Assembly: GCA_964539905.1 (NCBI GenBank)
Contig: CAZIJW010000016.1
Location: 606-64,605 of the forward strand
Reading direction: 5' to 3'
Length of the DNA stretch: 64,000 nt
Origin: an uncultured Robiginitalea sp.
Lineage (GTDB): Bacteria; Bacteroidota; Bacteroidia; Flavobacteriales; Flavobacteriaceae
A program made the position numbers and the translations under genes. The notes under the pieces were generated by a model. It did no database searches, was not told where the DNA came from, and saw nothing but the letters and a program-made list of their open reading frames with translations. Below are positions 59,845 to 64,000 of the stretch, piece after piece; position 1 is the first letter of the stretch, and each line of letters opens with the position of its first letter.

Positions 59845-60778
59845 CATCATCAAATTTTGAGGACAGGTTGTTTTTCCAGCCGCCTTCCTCATCAAAGGGT
59901 TCATCAAAATCGCCCTCCTGGGCGGTTTCCATAAATTTATACGTCAGCATTTTATAATACAGCTTGGCCGCCACGAAATCGGAGGCGCGGTTCTGTGGGT
60001 TCGGGCACAATTCCACCAGGTCAAAACCGACCACATTTTTCTCCTGGAAAACCTTGCGGAGGAATTCCAGGGTTTCGTACCAGAATAGCCCCCCCGGTTC
60101 CGGGGTGCCTGTGGAGGGCATGATGGACGGGTCGAGGGCATCCAGGTCGAAGGTAATAAAAACATGGTCAGTCATCAGGTCGATGACCTTATCCATCCAG
60201 AATTCATCGGCCGCCATCTCATGGGCAAAGAACACCCTTTCCGGATCCATATAGGTCTTTTCAATGGCATCCATGCTGCGGATGCCCACCTGGATCAGGT
60301 TGGTGGTCTGCGAAGCCTCGTGTACGGCGCAGGCGTGGTTATAGGGGGTGCCGAGGTACGACTTCCGCAAATCGGCATGGGCATCGATCTGCAATACGGT
60401 AAGGTTGTCGAAGCATTCGTTGAACGCCCGGATGGAACCAATGGAAATAGAATGTTCGCCCCCGAAAAGGGTTACAAACTTATTCCGTTTGATGTAGTCC
60501 TTGGTAATTTGATGGACCTCCTTCACCACCGCTTCAGGGCTGTCTTTTTCCGAAATGGCAGGCGCAAGGTAAATCCCCTGCCGGTAAACCTCCGTTCCGG
60601 TTTCAATGTCGTAAAGCTCCATGTTTTCCGACGCCGCGAGGAACGCCCCGGGGCCTTTGTCTGCACCTTTGCCCCAGGTGCTGGTACCGTCGTAGGGCAC
60701 GGGGATCAGGACTACCCGTGCTTTTTCCAGCTGCGCGAACTCCTCAGGGATTCCCGCATAGGTTGGCATACTTTTCAT
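59834..60778 (-). CDS. speB: Agmatinase
   Basis: PYDGTSTW..G..GP, GGEHSIS, DAHAD, DLDALDP, TGTPEPGG. Confidence 0.95.
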   Translation of the reverse strand: MKSMPTYAGIPEEFAQLEKARVVLIPVPYDGTSTWGKGADKGPGAFLAASENMELYDIETGTEVYRQGIYLAPAISEKDSPEAVVKEVHQITKDYIKRNKFVTLFGGEHSISIGSIRAFNECFDNLTVLQIDAHADLRKSYLGTPYNHACAVHEASQTTNLIQVGIRSMDAIEKTYMDPERVFFAHEMAADEFWMDKVIDLMTDHVFITFDLDALDPSIMPSTGTPEPGGLFWYETLEFLRKVFQEKNVVGFDLVELCPNPQNRASDFVAAKLYYKMLTYKFMETAQEGDFDEPFDEEGGWKNNLSSKFDDDEL

Positions 60779-62253
60779 TCTTTGTGGATTTCTTCTTTGG
60801 TTGCGTATTCGTGTTGGTGATCTCCTAATTCCTCCTGCGTGCCGGAATCCTGCCCTTCGGTTCCATAGCCCAGGATCCTCAGGTACTCCCCGGCCTCCTG
60901 CTGCTCCCGGAAAAGCGTAACCATCAGGTGGCCTTCCCCATCCCGGTCGATGAGCAGGTGCTTCGGATAGGGAATCAGGCAGTGCTGCAAGCCCCCATAT
61001 CCCCCAATGGTCTCCTGGTAGGCCCCGGTATTGAAAAACCCGATATAGAGCGGTTTTTCCGAATGGAATTTCGGCAGGTAAATGGCGTTCATGTCCTGCT
61101 GGCTGTTGTAATAATCGTCGCTGTCGCAGGTGAGCCCCCCCAGCAACACCCGTTCATAGGGGTCGTTCCAGCGGTTGATGGGCAGCATGATAAAACGTTT
61201 GTTGATGGCCCACGAGTCGGGCAGGGTGGTAATGAACGAGGAGTCGATCATATTCCATTTCTCCCGGTCGTTTTGTTGTTTCTGGTAGAGGACCTGATAG
61301 ATGGCCCCGCCGCTTTCCCCAACCGTGAAGCTCCCGAATTCTGTAAAAATATGGGGCACGGGCACATCGGCCTCCTTGCAGGCCAGGTTGATCTGGTTCA
61401 CGATCTCGTCGACCATGTATTCGTAATCGTATTCAAAGGCCAGGGAATTCTTCGTGGGAAAGCCCCCTCCTATGTTGAGGCTGTCGAGGGAAGGGCAAAT
61501 CTTTTTAAGCCGGACATAGACCTTGAGGCATTTTGACAATTCGTTCCAGTAATAGGCATTGTCCCGCATCCCGGTATTGATGAAGAAATGGAGCATGCGC
61601 AGCTCAACCTTGTCATTGTCCTTGATCTGGTTTTCGTAAAAGGGCACAATGTCCTTATACCCGATGCCAAGGCGCGAGGTGTAGAACTCGAATTTGGGTT
61701 CCTCTTCGGAGGCGATGCGGATGCCCACCTTGAAATTTTCCTCGATTTCTTCCGTGAGCAGCGACAACTCCTCGTAGTTGTCGATAATAGGGATGCAGTT
61801 GCGCTGCCCGTTATTGATCAGGCGGGCGATGTTCTCTATGTACGCAGCCCTTTTGAACCCATTGCAAATGACGTAGGTGTCGTCCTTGATCTTTCCTTCC
61901 TTTTTAAGGCGTTCCACGATGGGGATGTCGAAGGCCGAGGACGTTTCGATGTGGATGTCATTTTTCAGGGCCTCGTGCAGCACATACCGGAAATGGGAGC
62001 TTTTGGTACAATAGCAGTAGTAGTACTTCCCACTGTACTGGTGCTTTTCCATGGCCGCGGCGAACCACTTCTTGGCCAGGCCGATATTTTGGGAAATCTT
62101 CGGCAGGTAGGTGAATTTCAAAGGGCTCCCGTATTTTTCCACCAGTTCCATCAGGGGGATCCCATGGAAAAGGAGGTGGGAATTATCAAGGGTGAATTCC
62201 TCAGTGGGGAAATAATAAGTCTGATCGATCAGATCGCGGTAGGTAATGTTCAT
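60775..62253 (-). CDS. speA: Arginine decarboxylase (fold-type III PLP, Bacteroidota short form)
   Basis: YCTKSSHF PLP-Lys motif, SKFGL-equivalent SRLGI, NIGGGF, EFG..TVG, TCDSD, GAYQE. Confidence 0.9.
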   Translation of the reverse strand: MNITYRDLIDQTYYFPTEEFTLDNSHLLFHGIPLMELVEKYGSPLKFTYLPKISQNIGLAKKWFAAAMEKHQYSGKYYYCYCTKSSHFRYVLHEALKNDIHIETSSAFDIPIVERLKKEGKIKDDTYVICNGFKRAAYIENIARLINNGQRNCIPIIDNYEELSLLTEEIEENFKVGIRIASEEEPKFEFYTSRLGIGYKDIVPFYENQIKDNDKVELRMLHFFINTGMRDNAYYWNELSKCLKVYVRLKKICPSLDSLNIGGGFPTKNSLAFEYDYEYMVDEIVNQINLACKEADVPVPHIFTEFGSFTVGESGGAIYQVLYQKQQNDREKWNMIDSSFITTLPDSWAINKRFIMLPINRWNDPYERVLLGGLTCDSDDYYNSQQDMNAIYLPKFHSEKPLYIGFFNTGAYQETIGGYGGLQHCLIPYPKHLLIDRDGEGHLMVTLFREQQEAGEYLRILGYGTEGQDSGTQEELGDHQHEYATKEEIHKE

Positions 62254-62310
62254 CGAAATATTTTTTCAGAAATAGCGCCTGTGGCAAGCCCGGACAGGAA
62301 AACCCGGGGA

Positions 62311-62496
62311 CTACCTCATACTGCAAGATAAGAAACAAGAATTAGACGGGATGGGCGGTACTCCCTCATCCGCCCGGGAAACAGGCGGTTTGTGGAGGAT
62401 AGGAGCTAACGTTAATTTCCGGTTACCTGATCGAAAGGCCGCTGCCTGGCATAACTCCCTGTATCCCGGCAACCCGAACATAAAAACACTTTTCAT
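62311..62496 (-). CDS. Putative leader peptide (uORF) of the speA operon, 61 aa (79 aa from the alternative ATG at 62550)
   Basis: Open frame MKSVFMFGLPGY...LAPILHKPPV...VPPIPSNSCFLSCSMR ending 57 nt before the speA ATG; A-rich start context; atypical codons. Confidence 0.5.
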   Translation of the reverse strand: MKSVFMFGLPGYRELCQAAAFRSGNRKLTLAPILHKPPVSRADEGVPPIPSNSCFLSCSMR

Positions 62497-62709
62497 TATG
62501 TTCTTCAGGGAACCGTATACATCGCGGTTCACCGGTGTAAATGAAAACATTTTTTTTTAAAAAAATCCTATTTTGAAAAAAAAGTTGCCTATTTGCCGGA
62601 GTTCATAAAATTCGGGGCTTCCCGACCTCCTACCGCCGTTTTATCGTCGGTTTATCCGCCGAATTCCGTACCTTGTTTGCCGTTGTGAATCCCTTAGCCC
62701 AGAGAACGG

Positions 62710-63417
62710 ATGAAACGAATGTATCAAACCTTCCTTTTGCTGCTGCTCCCCTGCCTCCTCGGTGCCCAGATCGCCCCGGGGGTTTACCTGGCCACGGAAC
62801 CCCTCGATGGGGGAAAACGGAACTACCTGCTCCTGGTGGCCGATTCCTACCTGGTGCATACCGTATATGATTCCAGCCCGGCCCATTTTATCCGTACTAT
62901 GGGAGGCTTTTACCAGGTGGAGGAAGACTCCCTGAAGGTGCAGCTTGAATTTAATTCGGACTTTGAAAAAACCGGGGAAAAGTCGCACCATGCATCGGTG
63001 AGTTATGCTGAAGGAAGCCTGATCTTCAATGGCAACATGGACCGGCCCTACACCCGGGAGCCGTCCATGGAACAACCCCTTGACGGGCAATGGCTGTTTG
63101 CCGCCCGCGGGCCGGATACCGGCCAGGAGCGCCGGGGGGACGGACAACCCCGGAAAACCCTGAAATTTTTGAAGGACGGGTATTTCCAGTGGATCGCCTA
63201 TAACACCGATACGATGGAATTCTTCGGCAGCGGAGGCGGGCGGTATGCGGCCGAAAACGGCTCGTATATCGAAGCCATCCAGTTTTTTTCCAGGGATGAT
63301 TCGCGGGTTGGGGCCGAGCTGGGTTTCCAGTTCGAAAGGAAAGGGAATGACTGGCACCATACCGGTAATAACAGCCGTGGGGAACCGCTCTACGAAATCT
63401 GGTCGCTCAGGGAGTAA
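62710..63417 (+). CDS. Secreted hypothetical protein (two lipocalin-like beta domains)
   Basis: Signal peptide; GG.Y repeated in both halves; RKTLK..DGYFQWIAY. Confidence 0.7.
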   Translation: MKRMYQTFLLLLLPCLLGAQIAPGVYLATEPLDGGKRNYLLLVADSYLVHTVYDSSPAHFIRTMGGFYQVEEDSLKVQLEFNSDFEKTGEKSHHASVSYAEGSLIFNGNMDRPYTREPSMEQPLDGQWLFAARGPDTGQERRGDGQPRKTLKFLKDGYFQWIAYNTDTMEFFGSGGGRYAAENGSYIEAIQFFSRDDSRVGAELGFQFERKGNDWHHTGNNSRGEPLYEIWSLRE

Positions 63418-63418
63418 C

Positions 63419-63847
63419 TCAGCTCCGGAGGATATCCGATTTCCCCCCCCGTTTTTCCAGCAGGCGTATCAGGCGGATCTCAATCCCCTTGTCGAGGGGT
63501 TTCAGCATGTCATAGAGGTTCAGGGCCACCACGCTGGCCCCATGCATGGCCTCCACCTCCACCCCGGTTTTGTAATGGGTGCGCACGGTGACCCGGATAC
63601 GGATCTCCAGCCCGCTGAGGTCATATTCGATTTGGGTGCCCTCGATGGGGATGGGGTGGCAATCGGGTAACAGGTCAGGCGTTTTCTTCACCCCCAAAAG
63701 CCCCGCGGCTTTACTCATTTCAAAGACATCGCCTTTGGGGACCCGGCCCTCCCGGATGGCCGTTACCGTATCCAGGCTGCTGAGTACCACGGTGGCTTCG
63801 GCTGTGGCGATGCGCAGGGTGACTTCCTTATGGGTGATATCTACCAT
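63419..63847 (-). CDS. moaC: Cyclic pyranopterin monophosphate synthase
   Basis: MVDITHK..T.R.A.A, KGDV, LLPDCHP, TGVEVEAM, LYDMLK. Confidence 0.93.
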   Translation of the reverse strand: MVDITHKEVTLRIATAEATVVLSSLDTVTAIREGRVPKGDVFEMSKAAGLLGVKKTPDLLPDCHPIPIEGTQIEYDLSGLEIRIRVTVRTHYKTGVEVEAMHGASVVALNLYDMLKPLDKGIEIRLIRLLEKRGGKSDILRS

Positions 63848-63849
63848 GG

Positions 63850-63999
63850 CTAACGGTTTACTTTCCAGGAATAGCTGTCGTCCTGGAAACATTCCTTCCC
63901 AAAAACGGGAAGTTCCTTTTTGATGCGTTCCACCACCTGTTGCAGGGCCTGAAAAACGTCTTTCCGATGGGGGGAGGAAACAAATACAAAAAGGCAGAT
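63850..63999 (-). CDS. moaE: Molybdopterin synthase large subunit, 3' end only
   Basis: Manual translation ICLFVFVSSPHRKDVF..VVERIKKELPVFGKE...SWKVNR*. Confidence 0.85.
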   Translation of the reverse strand: MCLFVFVSSPHRKDVFQALQQVVERIKKELPVFGKECFQDDSYSWKVNR

Positions 64000-64000
64000 T

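Noticed and set aside
62254-62313. Stop-codon readthrough fusing the leader ORF to speA (same frame)
   Set aside because: A second in-frame stop (TGA, ending 12 nt before the speA ATG) lies in the spacer
62351-62560. 69 aa plus-strand ORF in the speA leader
   Set aside because: Antisense to the leader, no promoter or start context supporting it; treated as a shadow
1-64000. tRNA, rRNA, CRISPR, IS, integrase, prophage or defence island
   Set aside because: No such signatures seen; genes are dense housekeeping-type with no obvious compositional break

Overview
A 64 kb stretch of core chromosome from a GC-rich Bacteroidota genome of the Flavobacteriaceae type. The basis is T9SS C-terminal domains, TAnnTTTG -7 promoter elements and Flavobacteria-type gene families; the high GC3 suggests a Robiginitalea-like organism, which is an inference. 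It holds about 55 densely packed genes: housekeeping (prs, rplY, pth, ribF, serS, rsmA, mgtE, lysC, fbp, mfd, metG, ssb, moaC/E), a four-gene ligase-associated Lhr DNA repair operon, secreted hydrolases (M12B T9SS protease, M28 peptidases, VPS10-like protein, GH37 trehalase, OMPLA), a DUF1800-DUF1501 pair, ferritin and a polyamine operon (speA-speB-DHS-like) followed by a RimB-RimK-like fusion. I saw no tRNA, rRNA, CRISPR array, transposase or integrase. Three observations stand out. (1) A 61-79 aa Pro-Pro-containing leader ORF with alternative hairpins lies directly upstream of speA and is a candidate polyamine/ribosome-stalling attenuator. (2) A 72 aa protein with 8 Cys and 19 Lys lies downstream of ferritin, with its own consensus promoter and an adjacent Fur-box-like palindrome. 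(3) A DUF1501 protein carries both a Tat signal and a T9SS CTD and is paired with a DUF1800 partner that lacks a signal peptide. All functional calls come from motif recognition, not database searches.
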